From IMG/VR virus record IMGVR_UViG_3300047470_000212, positions 1 through 64,000 of that record: DNA of 64,000 nucleotides. One strand, 5' to 3'. A program made the position numbers and the translations under genes. Positions 1 through 8,858 of the stretch are shown in pieces (positions within the stretch are counted from its first letter, which is position 1; every line of letters begins with the position of its first letter). This DNA is from a virus. Below the pieces are notes generated by a model. It saw nothing but the letters and a program-made list of their open reading frames with translations, searched no databases and was not told the DNA's origin.

Positions 1-997
1 GGACGTCCTTGTACGGGCTCGTCTGGGCCAGCAGGGCGAACTCCTTGCGGGCGTCCTTGTCCCACTCCGGCCGCCGCACGCGCTTCTTGATCCACTCGAA
101 CTCGTCCACGGCGTCGGCCTTGACCCGATCGAAGTCGGACTCCAGCCGGTGCACCTGCTTGTGGACCCAGGTGTAGAACTCGTCCGGGACGTGGTCGATC
201 CAGGACTCGATGCCCTGCCCGTTCGCCAGCGCGTCCCACACGGACAGGGTGCTGACGTTGGTCAGGATGCGGTGCAGCCGCACATACTCGTCGAACTTCC
301 ACTTCACCCGCAGATCGCTCTCCGGGAAGTGGACGACGAAGCCCTCCTCGTTCTGGCTCTGCGGCGCCGACAGCACATCGGCCAGCGAGGAGTAGTAGCC
401 GACCGGCGCGTTCCACGGTCCCGGCCAGTCGTACGGGTCCTTCGGGAGCGTCCGGCCGGTCTCGGTGTCGACCACCGCGATCAGGACCAGGTCGTCCATG
501 TCCTTGTAGTCGACGACGATGCGGTTCTGCGGGTAGACGATCTCGAAGAGGTACGTCAGGCCGAGGATCGGCTCGAAGGTCGGGTACCGGGTCTGGAGCA
601 CTTCCGTGGCATGGAGCGCCTGGGGGGAGGTGAAGGAGCCCCGCGTGGCGATGCGGAACTCCCCGGTATGAAGCCCGTAGAGGACACCCAGACTGCCGTC
701 CCACTTGATGTAGGTGTCGACCGGCTCGTTCATCAGCCGCGCCTGCTGGTCCGACGGGATCTGCGACCAGTTGAAGAACTTCTCGAAGGGCCGCGCGACG
801 ACCTTCTCGGTGACGGAGTTGATGATCAGGCCCCGGGTCTTCTTGGTGACCTCGTTCCACGCCCCGTCGTACTGCGCCTTGTTCGTGTAGTTGAAGATCA
901 CCCGGCTGCCGTCGGGGCTGGTCTGGGTGCGTACGTAGCCCTTGCCGATGTTGTCGATCAGGTCCTCGGGCTTGAAGACGTTGTCCAGGTGAACCAT
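1..997 (-). CDS. RNA ligase, T4 Rnl1 family (3' end runs off the window)
   Basis: Translated by hand from ATG at 997 (not in the ORF track): MVHLDNVF...TRGLII...ARPFEKFFNW...KWDGSLG...IATRGSF. These are Rnl1 motifs, including the adenylylated KxDGS motif. Confidence 0.85.
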   Translation of the reverse strand, partial: MVHLDNVFKPEDLIDNIGKGYVRTQTSPDGSRVIFNYTNKAQYDGAWNEVTKKTRGLIINSVTEKVVARPFEKFFNWSQIPSDQQARLMNEPVDTYIKWDGSLGVLYGLHTGEFRIATRGSFTSPQALHATEVLQTRYPTFEPILGLTYLFEIVYPQNRIVVDYKDMDDLVLIAVVDTETGRTLPKDPYDWPGPWNAPVGYYSSLADVLSAPQSQNEEGFVVHFPESDLRVKWKFDEYVRLHRILTNVSTLSVWDALANGQGIESWIDHVPDEFYTWVHKQVHRLESDFDRVKADAVDEFEWIKKRVRRPEWDKDARKEFALLAQTSPYKDV

Positions 998-1020
998 GTG
1001 CGCTCCTTGGTTGTGGTGGG

Positions 1021-1242
1021 TCAGACGCGGTGGTCGAGCGCGGTCACGACGCGGGCGGCGAACTCCTCGTAGAAGCCCTCCGGCATGTCGAGGCCGAACC
1101 ACTTCTTCGCCTCGTCGGCGACGATCTCGGTGGCCTGCTGGCGCTTGACTCCCTGGCGTCGCAGCCAGTCCTGTGCAGCGCTGCTCTTGGGGATGACCAG
1201 GTGGCCGAGGTTCAGCGTGGGGCGCTCGTCGATGGCAGTCAT
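1021..1242 (-). CDS. hypothetical protein
   Basis: 73 aa ORF with phage-like codon use, tightly packed in the operon. Confidence 0.7.
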   Translation of the reverse strand: MTAIDERPTLNLGHLVIPKSSAAQDWLRRQGVKRQQATEIVADEAKKWFGLDMPEGFYEEFAARVVTALDHRV

Positions 1243-1245
1243 GGG

Positions 1246-1677
1246 TCAGCCTTCCTGCTGAGTCTTCTTGGCCTTCTTCGCGGCCTTCTTGGCCGCCTTC
1301 TTCTTCGCTTCGGCCAGGGCGAGGAGGTCACGGGTGTTGAGGTTTTCCTCGACGTCCGTCAGGGCCTCGTCGAGCAGTTCGACGAACTGGAAGATCGCAC
1401 CCTTGAGGACTTCCGCCTTGTGGCGGGCGTTCTGGACGTCGGCCCGCAGCTTGTCGCGGTCCTTCTGGCTGCCGACCTGCCCGTAGACGCCGAAGTCGAG
1501 GGTCACGCTGCGGGAGCAGTCCTGGATCTGGAGAGTGGCGCCGAAGTCCAGGTAGTCGTCCGCGTCGTCCCCGTCGGTGATCTCCGCAAGCACTGCACCG
1601 AGGCTGTGGTGCCCAGGGTTGTTCAGGAACTCGCGGATGTAGAGGCGGCGCTCTTCCGGGGTGGCGGTGGTGCTCAT
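1246..1677 (-). CDS. hypothetical protein with Lys/Ala-rich C-terminal tail
   Basis: Start MSTTATPEE after AAGGAG RBS; ends KKKAAKKAAKKAKK. Confidence 0.7.
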   Translation of the reverse strand: MSTTATPEERRLYIREFLNNPGHHSLGAVLAEITDGDDADDYLDFGATLQIQDCSRSVTLDFGVYGQVGSQKDRDKLRADVQNARHKAEVLKGAIFQFVELLDEALTDVEENLNTRDLLALAEAKKKAAKKAAKKAKKTQQEG

Positions 1678-1807
1678 GCGGTGCTCCTTGCGTGTTGTCT
1701 TCGGGACCTTCGTGCGGCCCGTTCCGATAACCAAGAACCTATAACCAAGAAGCCGTAATCGCAAGTGGGTTCGTTAACTCGATTTACAAGCGCAGTTACG
1801 TGACGCA

Positions 1808-1848
1808 CGAAGACCCCCGCCGGGAGGGTGTCCCAGCAGGGGTCTTCG
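1808..1848 (-). terminator. stem-loop, putative intrinsic terminator
   Basis: CGAAGACCCC...GGGGTCTTCG inverted repeat just after the stop of 1864..2517. Confidence 0.55.
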
Positions 1849-1863
1849 CAGGTCAGACGGCCT

Positions 1864-2517
1864 CTACAGGCGCCGCACGTAGGTGATGAAGTCCTGGAGC
1901 CTGTCGGTCCGAGGATGCGCCGGAAGGATGCCCTGCCGGTCGTTGAAGGTGTCGAACGCCTTCCAGAACTCCTTCTCGATCTGCTCGGCGGTCATCTCGT
2001 CGAACGCCCAGTAGAACTCCGGGTCCTCCACCTTGACCGTGAGCGTGCCGTAGTCGAGCAACTGCTGGCCCTGGCGCAGCAGCCGGAAGCAGTGGCGGGC
2101 GTGCTTGGCCACACGCTTCTGGCGGCCGTCGTTCGCCAGCTCCTGCTTGATGCGCTTGATCTGACCCATGGCGTAGCCGCCGTACGCGGAGCGCACGTAG
2201 GGCTCGGAGAGGAAGTCCTCGCGGATGTCGAGCAGCCACTCCCCCTCCCAGGACTGCTGCTCGTACTCCTCCAGGTACATCAGGTCCATGATCGTGGGGT
2301 TGCACTTGAGCGCGAGGTTCACGTACTTGCCGACCTCGTGCAGGGCGACGTCCGGGTCCTTGCTCACGAGTGAGTCCTGGTGCTTGGCACCAATGCGGAA
2401 GAACTCCGGGGTCGGCCGGATGAAGATGCCCAGCCGGTCGATGTCTGAGCCGGGCCGAGCAAGGCCGAAGGCGGTTGAGCCAACGACCCCGCTCAGCAGA
2501 ATGTTCGGCGTCCCCAT
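1864..2517 (-). CDS. nucleotidyltransferase, Pol-beta superfamily (YcgL/RlaP-like)
   Basis: GSTAFGLARPGSDIDRLGIF = GSx(A/Y)GLxxxxSDxD motif; KCNPTIMDL; KHARHCFRLL. Confidence 0.8.
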   Translation of the reverse strand: MGTPNILLSGVVGSTAFGLARPGSDIDRLGIFIRPTPEFFRIGAKHQDSLVSKDPDVALHEVGKYVNLALKCNPTIMDLMYLEEYEQQSWEGEWLLDIREDFLSEPYVRSAYGGYAMGQIKRIKQELANDGRQKRVAKHARHCFRLLRQGQQLLDYGTLTVKVEDPEFYWAFDEMTAEQIEKEFWKAFDTFNDRQGILPAHPRTDRLQDFITYVRRL

Positions 2518-3023
2518 CAGAACCAGTAGTCCTCGGACGGGTCGTCCAGGCCGTCGGTCTCGTAGGCCTTGGCGGACTCCTCGTACGTCTCCAGGGCCTC
2601 TTCCAGCGCCCGGCCCCAGGTCTGTCCCTGATCCTGCTCAACCTGAGCAATGGTGAGCAACGCCAGCGTCTCGTTGTCGACCTTGAGATGGCCCTCCTCG
2701 ACCAGGTCCTGCACCTCCGTCACGACGCTGTTGGTCGTCTCCAGGACGTCGTACGTGACGCCCTTGTAGGACAGCACGTAGCCGACCATGCAGGAGGGGC
2801 ACTTGTCCGCCGGGTTGAAGTAGGCGCACTGAGAGCGGCCCATGTCCGTCAGCGGGGCGTAGACGTAGTCCTCACCCTTCTCCTTCACCGCGCGGGCCAG
2901 CAGTTCCTTGGCCTCGTCCAGGGTGATCTCAACGGCGTCCGGCTTGGAGGTCTTCACCTCCGGGGTATGAAGCGCCTCGTCGAGGGTGGGCACGTGGTCG
3001 ACGATCTCGAAGATGTTGGTCAT
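2517..3023 (-). CDS. hypothetical protein
   Basis: 168 aa ORF, stop overlaps the next start. Confidence 0.7.
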   Translation of the reverse strand: MTNIFEIVDHVPTLDEALHTPEVKTSKPDAVEITLDEAKELLARAVKEKGEDYVYAPLTDMGRSQCAYFNPADKCPSCMVGYVLSYKGVTYDVLETTNSVVTEVQDLVEEGHLKVDNETLALLTIAQVEQDQGQTWGRALEEALETYEESAKAYETDGLDDPSEDYWF

Positions 3024-3150
3024 GGTGGTGCCTTTCAGGAGCAGTCGAACTCGGGGGCGGTGGTTTCGGTCTCTTCGTCCAGAGGGACGCCGTCGATGAA
3101 GATCACGTCACCGACGTCGATACCGACGTGCTCAAGCAGGGAGCGGATGC

Positions 3151-3402
3151 TCACAGTCCCAGCACCTCCTTCAGGCGCGTTGCGAACTCGTTGACGGTCT
3201 CCTCGCGGAGCCGGTCCTCGTGCATGTTGTAGTCGTCCTCGTCGTTCGCGGTGCGCTCCAGGAGCACTACGTCGCCGACTGAGATGGTCGTGGTGAACTC
3301 CCGGTAGCCGGTGAAGCCGCCGTCTCGCCATGTCTCAGTGGTGTTGACCTTGATCAGCGGCTCGGGGATCTCGATGGAGCCCCCGTAGGTATGAAGTGCC
3401 AT
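3151..3402 (-). CDS. hypothetical protein
   Basis: 83 aa ORF with GGAGG RBS; begins MALHTYGG. Confidence 0.65.
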   Translation of the reverse strand: MALHTYGGSIEIPEPLIKVNTTETWRDGGFTGYREFTTTISVGDVVLLERTANDEDDYNMHEDRLREETVNEFATRLKEVLGL

Positions 3403-3453
3403 GCAACCCTCCCGGGTTGGGCGGGGCCCGGCAGTACCGAGCCCCGCGAGCTA

Positions 3454-4152
3454 TTACAGAGATTCCGGGTTGAACAGGTTCCGGCCCCTGGGATCCTTCC
3501 CGGCCGGAGTGAGCTTGCCTCGGTCCACCCACGTGCTCACCGTGCTCGGACTCACGTCGAGCAGCTCGGCCACCTCTCTCGCGGTGAGCAGGGTGGGCTC
3601 CTCCTTCGTCTCAGTGCTGTCTCGCCGGTCCGCCAGCACACCGGTCAGCCGGTGGAAGGTGAGCGCGGCCAGGTGCGTGCCGAGAGCGATACAGATGGTC
3701 GGTGCGGCCGACGCCAGGATCACGTGACCCCACGTCGTCGCGTCCGACTTCGCGGTGACGCCCTGGGCTGCCGACCCGTGAGCGACGTTGAGAACGAGTG
3801 AGATAGCGGTGAGACCGACCACCGTGCCGATCGCCCACCGGTATCCCGGGGAGCCGACCAGCGCCAGCGAGGCCACCACCGCCAGGCCGTCCAGCCCGTC
3901 GATGACCAGCGGGTAGAACTGCCGGACCTCGTGCAGGCCGATGCCGTCAGCGGTGTCTCGAAGGGGCACCCAGCTCACTCGCATACCGACCAGCGCCACG
4001 AACGCCAGCGCCACCAGGATGACGGTGAAGATGAGGATCAGGCCGGGAGCGGCCAGGCCCACGGACGGCTGAGAAGGGGGTGAGACAGGGGCTGTCTCAG
4101 TCTTGCTCGCGCGTCTCTCGCGCCAGCGACCAGTAATCTTGAGGAAGCCCAT
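3454..4152 (-). CDS. membrane protein (DUF2637-like) with C-terminal MerR/excisionase-type HTH
   Basis: Several TM segments with YPLVIDG and SLVLNVAH motifs; C-terminal LLTAREVAELLDVSPSTVSTWVDRGKL HTH. Confidence 0.7.
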   Translation of the reverse strand: MGFLKITGRWRERRASKTETAPVSPPSQPSVGLAAPGLILIFTVILVALAFVALVGMRVSWVPLRDTADGIGLHEVRQFYPLVIDGLDGLAVVASLALVGSPGYRWAIGTVVGLTAISLVLNVAHGSAAQGVTAKSDATTWGHVILASAAPTICIALGTHLAALTFHRLTGVLADRRDSTETKEEPTLLTAREVAELLDVSPSTVSTWVDRGKLTPAGKDPRGRNLFNPESL

Positions 4153-4229
4153 CGGAGAGACACAACCTCTCGTAGGTGGGACAGGTGCCCGGCTGGGTCG
4201 CACCCCGGCCGGGCATCCGCATACCTGGA

Positions 4230-4499
4230 CTAGGTATGAAGTCGCCCGTACATCTCTCGCAGGTACCAGCGCATGTACTCCGTGGTGCCCACCATGCGCT
4301 CACAGCGAGCCAGCGTCTCGGGACGAATGCGGATGCGTGTCTCACGCGGTCCCGCCCTGAACCTCTCCATGAAGCCCAGGTAGTCCACCATCAGGGGGCT
4401 GCTCATCCGCCTTCTCCTCTTCCTCTTCTTTGAGACCGGCCGGGACTGCTCTCGGTATCGCGTGATGACCTTCTGCTCGAACGGGTTGAGTCCGCTCAA
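4230..4499 (-). CDS. basic hypothetical protein
   Basis: TTG start overlapping the upstream TGA; KKRKRRRR tract; ends GRLHT*. Confidence 0.55.
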   Translation of the reverse strand: MSGLNPFEQKVITRYREQSRPVSKKRKRRRRMSSPLMVDYLGFMERFRAGPRETRIRIRPETLARCERMVGTTEYMRWYLREMYGRLHT

Positions 4500-4849
4500 C
4501 GGCCGACCACCTTGACCTTCACCGCGTTGCCCGACGACGGGACGAGCACGATGCTGCTGCTGGCGTGGACCTCCAGCCGGTTGTCCTCCATCAGCCGCAC
4601 CAGGAAGTAGGAGTGGAACCGCTCGCCGTCCCGGAGGAACTGGAAGGAGACGGTGGGGTTGCCGGGCACCGGCTGCCGGTTGTCGCCGTAAGGGTCGACG
4701 ATGACGTTGGCGTCCTCCGGCCCCTCGTTCAGCAGCGCGCGGGCCGTGGCCAGCTCGCCCTCCAGGCGCTGGACACGCTCCTCCAGCGACAGCACGCCGC
4801 TCTGCACCCACCTCGGCTGCTTGCCGAAGCGCTCGTCCTCGCTGATCAC
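4496..4849 (-). CDS. hypothetical protein
   Basis: GTG start coupled to the upstream stop; typical codon use. Confidence 0.6.
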   Translation of the reverse strand: MISEDERFGKQPRWVQSGVLSLEERVQRLEGELATARALLNEGPEDANVIVDPYGDNRQPVPGNPTVSFQFLRDGERFHSYFLVRLMEDNRLEVHASSSIVLVPSSGNAVKVKVVGR

Positions 4850-5166
4850 CACTGCTCTCCCACCTTCGCTTCGTTCCAGGCCTTCTCGGACACGCACACA
4901 TGGCCGGTGTCGTCGCCGTCGCGCAGGTTCAGCCGCCAGCACGCCGGGTCGGTCATCGGGATCGGGATGAAGCCCGTCAGCACCTGCGTGCACGACGTCG
5001 TCTTGCCGGACGGGGTGCACTGGGTGGTGTACATCGGCTGCATGTACGTCCAGTCGTTCTCCGGCACGTACTTCTTGCTGATGACCTCGCCGTGCTCGAT
5101 GCCTCCGCAGGCCGTCAGCAGTCCCGCGAGCGCAGCCGTAGCTGCGTAGGTATGAAGCCGCTTCAC
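4846..5166 (-). CDS. putative lipoprotein
   Basis: Signal peptide with lipobox AGLLTA-C. Confidence 0.65.
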   Translation of the reverse strand: MKRLHTYAATAALAGLLTACGGIEHGEVISKKYVPENDWTYMQPMYTTQCTPSGKTTSCTQVLTGFIPIPMTDPACWRLNLRDGDDTGHVCVSEKAWNEAKVGEQW

Positions 5167-5180
5167 GCGGCCACCCCTTT

Positions 5181-5342
5181 TCAGTGGTTGGTCTTGTCGG
5201 AGCACTTCTCGCCGTTCGGGCACTCCTCGCGCGGGTAGCCATCCCCGCACAGGCTCGGGTCGATCCCGAGTCCGGCGCCCAGCTCACCCAGTTCGAGTGG
5301 ACCTTCGCCGTGCGCCCATCGGTCGGCAGGGTTCTCGTACAT
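5181..5342 (-). CDS. small hypothetical protein
   Basis: ATG overlapping the upstream TGA; 53 aa. Confidence 0.45.
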   Translation of the reverse strand: MYENPADRWAHGEGPLELGELGAGLGIDPSLCGDGYPREECPNGEKCSDKTNH

Positions 5343-5704
5343 CAGGACTCCTCCTCGACGGTGTGGATCTGGTGGGACTCGGAGAGACCGCAGTACATAC
5401 AGCCGGAGTCCATCCCCCATGTCAGGTACTCGTCGTAGCCATGGGGAATCTGCTGCCACAACGTCAGCGGGTCACCGAAGTTGGGGAAGTGGTGCTCGTT
5501 GGGCATCCCCAAGAACTCCGCCGACAGCCGCTCGATCTCGTTCGGAGGGCCCCACTTCCTGATGCCCCCCTCAAACAGGACGAGGTGCCATCCCTTGCGC
5601 TCTCCGGTCGGGTCGTACTCCGACCACTCGCGGTCGACTATCCCGACCACGTCCCGCCAGCGAACGAGGTCCCCGTAGTAGGCCGTCGGGCACCACTTGC
5701 TCAC
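5342..5704 (-). CDS. hypothetical protein
   Basis: 120 aa ORF, coupled at both ends. Confidence 0.6.
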   Translation of the reverse strand: MSKWCPTAYYGDLVRWRDVVGIVDREWSEYDPTGERKGWHLVLFEGGIRKWGPPNEIERLSAEFLGMPNEHHFPNFGDPLTLWQQIPHGYDEYLTWGMDSGCMYCGLSESHQIHTVEEES

Positions 5705-5958
5705 GCGTTCTCCTTCTCCAGGCGCTCCCAGGAGGAGGCCCAGGACGTGCGGGTGGACGGCTCCAGTCCGGACTCCTTCAGGACGTAGTCCGGGTGCAGC
5801 GAGCGGTTCTCCAGCAGGCCGTCCTCGGTGAGCACGTCCCCGCGCCAGGAGCCGGACGATCCCTGCGTGACCGAGCGGATGATCCCAGGGGCCAGGCTGT
5901 GGTCGTACATGATCGAGACACGGTCGCCGACCTTGTGCGGAGCCTTCTTCTGCACCAT
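5701..5958 (-). CDS. hypothetical protein
   Basis: 85 aa ORF with AAGGAGG RBS, directly downstream of a promoter. Confidence 0.65.
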   Translation of the reverse strand: MVQKKAPHKVGDRVSIMYDHSLAPGIIRSVTQGSSGSWRGDVLTEDGLLENRSLHPDYVLKESGLEPSTRTSWASSWERLEKENA

Positions 5959-5999
5959 GGTTCCTCCTTCTGCATTACTGCTTCCGAAGCAGTAACCGA

Positions 6000-6028
6000 A
6001 CTCTATCCAGAGCTACTACCCTTGTCAA
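6000..6028 (-). promoter_or_regulatory. housekeeping-sigma (HrdB/SigA-type) promoter
   Basis: TTGACA-N17-TAGAGT. Confidence 0.75.
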
Positions 6029-6104
6029 TCGGGTTCCTGCATCGACTTGCAAACATGAAGAAGGCCCCCACCTGGTCTCCCAGGCAGGGGCCTATGGCTG
6101 TACG

Positions 6105-6452
6105 TCAGGCAGGGATGCGTGTAATCCGGTACGCGGGCGTCCCGTTCGGGGTCATCTCGGTCTCGCCGAGGAACCCCGCACCGTTCAGGATCTCTGCCAT
6201 GCGGTTGACCTTGTCCAGCCGCATGGCGATGTCGTCCAGGTCCCGGGAAGTCCTGCCCTCCTGGGCCAGAGCGGCGTCCTCCGGCGTGGCCCACATGAGG
6301 CTGGCCTCCCCCAACGACGGGAACAGGAAGGCGCTCCAACCCTCCCGGGTGACGATGCCGTCCTCTCCCGGCGTGCGCTCACGGCGCAGCAGCCCGTGGG
6401 GCGCCAGCGCTTCCGCGATCGTCGCGTCCAGTCCTGCTTGGTCTATAGCCAT
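6105..6452 (-). CDS. hypothetical protein
   Basis: 115 aa ORF. Confidence 0.6.
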   Translation of the reverse strand: MAIDQAGLDATIAEALAPHGLLRRERTPGEDGIVTREGWSAFLFPSLGEASLMWATPEDAALAQEGRTSRDLDDIAMRLDKVNRMAEILNGAGFLGETEMTPNGTPAYRITRIPA

Positions 6453-6453
6453 C

Positions 6454-7167
6454 TCAGCTCCCTCCCCTCGCGGCCAGCTCGGCCGTCCGCTTGTCCAACA
6501 TCTCGGCCAGCCCGTCAGCGATGTGGTGCAATCCCGCCGCCCCGAGGTGCGGGCCCTCTGCCATCTCCCGCAGCTTCTCGATTGCCCACTGGGTGCCTTC
6601 CAGGTTCTCCCGGATCAGCAGACCATTGAGCGCGGTGTCGAACGCCTGCCGCGCGTAGTCCTTCGGCTGCTCCGGCGCCGCAGCGGGCTTCGAGCCCAGG
6701 ACGTCCTCCGCGACCTTGCGGAAGTTCTCCAGGCCCACGCTCGACTTCGTCCGAGTGCTCAGGTCGTAGACCTGCTGATCCGTGAGCCGGACACCGCCGC
6801 CACCGACACCGACACCGTTCGCCTTGTCGACCCAGCCCTGGCAGACCTCACGCATCCAGTCCGGCGCCACGCTGTCCGACCCCAGCGGGTCCATGAACGG
6901 GATGGCGTAGTCCCGCTTCGTGGTCACCTTCCCGTCCTTGACCTTCGGCCCGACCGCGCTGGCCGACGACACCTCCCACACGCCCGTCTCCGAGTTGGGG
7001 AAGATGCTCAGACCGATGGCGTTCGGGCGAACCATTCCCCAATCCGAACCCCCCTCCGGGTTCATCGTGTCCGGCACCTCCGTGGTGAGGTCCATCGGAA
7101 TCGTCCAATTCGAATCGCTCCGGACCTTGTAACCGACCTTGCCCATGTCCCGCTCCCCTTCGCCCAT
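6454..7167 (-). CDS. hypothetical protein
   Basis: 237 aa ORF downstream of the promoter at 7185-7213. Confidence 0.65.
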   Translation of the reverse strand: MGEGERDMGKVGYKVRSDSNWTIPMDLTTEVPDTMNPEGGSDWGMVRPNAIGLSIFPNSETGVWEVSSASAVGPKVKDGKVTTKRDYAIPFMDPLGSDSVAPDWMREVCQGWVDKANGVGVGGGGVRLTDQQVYDLSTRTKSSVGLENFRKVAEDVLGSKPAAAPEQPKDYARQAFDTALNGLLIRENLEGTQWAIEKLREMAEGPHLGAAGLHHIADGLAEMLDKRTAELAARGGS

Positions 7168-7184
7168 CCCTTGATTACGCGATA

Positions 7185-7213
7185 AGGCTATCGACGCCCT
7201 GTAGCCATGTCAA
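7185..7213 (-). promoter_or_regulatory. housekeeping-sigma promoter
   Basis: TTGACA-N17-TAGCCT. Confidence 0.7.
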
Positions 7214-7222
7214 GCACTTTCA

Positions 7223-7600
7223 TCATTTCGATTGACGCTCAGGCGCCCCTTCCGCATCGTCCAGAACCTTCACGACCGCTTCCAGCACGTTGGTCGGCAC
7301 CGGCTTGTTACGCATGGTGCCGGTGAACCCGTGCACGCGCAGCCGAGCCCACAGGTCTTCGCGCTTCTGCTCGTCCTCCCAAGCCTCCCGAGTCGACAAC
7401 TCGTAGGCACCGTCCTTCGACATGCCCGTGGCGATCTCGAAGGTGTCCGTCGGACCGTCCGTCTGGTCCCCGTACCGCAGGATGTGAACCAGCGTGCGGC
7501 CGACCTTGGCCACGGTGACCGCCGTCGGCTCTTTACCGTGATGGACCCGCAGCACGCGCAGCAGCGTGTCCCCGGCCTTGACTCCCTCAAGATTGCTCAT
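7223..7600 (-). CDS. hypothetical protein
   Basis: Start MSNLEGVK overlapping the upstream TGA. Confidence 0.6.
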   Translation of the reverse strand: MSNLEGVKAGDTLLRVLRVHHGKEPTAVTVAKVGRTLVHILRYGDQTDGPTDTFEIATGMSKDGAYELSTREAWEDEQKREDLWARLRVHGFTGTMRNKPVPTNVLEAVVKVLDDAEGAPERQSK

Positions 7601-7836
7601 CCCAGCGCCCTCCACTTACGGATCTCGCTCTTGATCTTCTTGATGGCCGGGGAGCCCAGGTCCTCGCCCATGTCGATGCCGCGACCGTCGTCCAGGACGC
7701 TCTTCTCCATGCGGTCCCAGACGTCCTCCCAGTCGATGCGGCCCTCGTCGTACCAGCCCTCGACGATCCCCTGGACGATCTCCAGCACCTCGTCGGTGAC
7801 GTCCTCAGCCGTACGCACCTCGAAGTCGTTCGCCAT
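7597..7836 (-). CDS. hypothetical protein
   Basis: Start MANDFEV coupled to the upstream TAA. Confidence 0.6.
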   Translation of the reverse strand: MANDFEVRTAEDVTDEVLEIVQGIVEGWYDEGRIDWEDVWDRMEKSVLDDGRGIDMGEDLGSPAIKKIKSEIRKWRALG

Positions 7837-8153
7837 TACTTGCTCCCCTTGGCCAGCATCGGAACCTCGTCGATGAAGTACGGCATCTGGATCCACCTGT
7901 CCGGGCCCGCCTTGCGGGTCAGCACTAGGCGGTTGTCCCAGTCGTCGTCTTCGCCCTTCTCGACCGGCTCCCACTTGTATTGGGTGGCTCCGACGATCTT
8001 CGTCAGCATCTTCTCCGCGCGGCCCTTCAACGCGTCCAGGTCGCCAGCCGCGACCGGCCCTCCGCTTGCCCACAGCACGTGCGTCTTTGCCCGCGCCTTC
8101 ATCTCCTGTGCGGCGTCCGCGAGCCATTTCTCGTAGTCGATCTTCTCCGCCAT
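7836..8153 (-). CDS. hypothetical protein
   Basis: 105 aa ORF with GGAGGAG RBS, after a promoter. Confidence 0.65.
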   Translation of the reverse strand: MAEKIDYEKWLADAAQEMKARAKTHVLWASGGPVAAGDLDALKGRAEKMLTKIVGATQYKWEPVEKGEDDDWDNRLVLTRKAGPDRWIQMPYFIDEVPMLAKGSK

Positions 8154-8189
8154 GTCCCGCTCCTCCCCGCCGTTTTCAATTCCAGGAAA

Positions 8190-8218
8190 AGACTATCGGC
8201 CCCCAACCGCCTTGTCAA
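8190..8218 (-). promoter_or_regulatory. housekeeping-sigma promoter
   Basis: TTGACA-N17-TAGTCT. Confidence 0.7.
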
Positions 8219-8260
8219 GGGGTTTGACCGAACCGCTTGCTTCCGCGGAATTGAACGCAC

Positions 8261-8298
8261 AGGAGCCCCCACCCAATGACTGCTGGGTAGGGGCTCCT
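8261..8298 (-). terminator. stem-loop, putative terminator
   Basis: AGGAGCCCC...GGGGCTCCT after the stop of 8311..8811. Confidence 0.55.
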
Positions 8299-8310
8299 AT
8301 TTATGGCGGA

Positions 8311-8811
8311 CTACTGGTACCAGTACCGCACTCCACGGTGACCGCTGCACGTGCCGGAGAAGTTCCCGGAGTAGCTGATGGTCCCGTCCTTGCACTCAGC
8401 CATCGCCCCGGCCGGGTGCGGCGAGCTGGCCGCGCAGGTTCCCACGGTGTGGCTGGCGCACGTCGCAGCCGTCGAGCCACCGCCGGACGAACCACCGCTC
8501 GTGCTGCTGCCCCCCGAGGTACCTCCGGAACTGCCGCTGCTGCGAGCCGACTTGGTGACCGTTACGGTCGGAGCAGGCTTGGCCTTCTTGGTGACAGTGA
8601 CAGCGGGCTCCGGCTTGGCCGTGACGGTCGCAGTCGCCGTGACGCTCACGGTCGGCTTCACCTCAGCAGCTACCGGGGTGCTGTCATCGCCGGTTCCGAT
8701 GCCCGCACCGACGCCGAGGAGCAGGACAGCTCCGGCCCACACACGCTTTCTCTTGTACAGCGGCCGGAGGTCCGCAGGTCTCGGCGCAGGCTGGTTTCCG
8801 TACGGATTCAA
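8311..8811 (-). CDS. secreted/membrane-anchored protein with DUF3761-like C-terminus
   Basis: N-terminal TM, Thr/Val- and Gly/Ser-rich linker, C-terminal AECKDGTISYSGNFSGTCSGHRGV. Confidence 0.7.
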   Translation of the reverse strand: MNPYGNQPAPRPADLRPLYKRKRVWAGAVLLLGVGAGIGTGDDSTPVAAEVKPTVSVTATATVTAKPEPAVTVTKKAKPAPTVTVTKSARSSGSSGGTSGGSSTSGGSSGGGSTAATCASHTVGTCAASSPHPAGAMAECKDGTISYSGNFSGTCSGHRGVRYWYQ

Positions 8812-8858
8812 CTTGATCCCCCCATGGGATGTGTGGATTTAACTGCGGTGCCTGCCAG

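Noticed and set aside
3454-4152. Integrase/prophage or AICE boundary
   Set aside because: No integrase, att-like repeat or host genes are visible; the whole window reads as continuous phage sequence.
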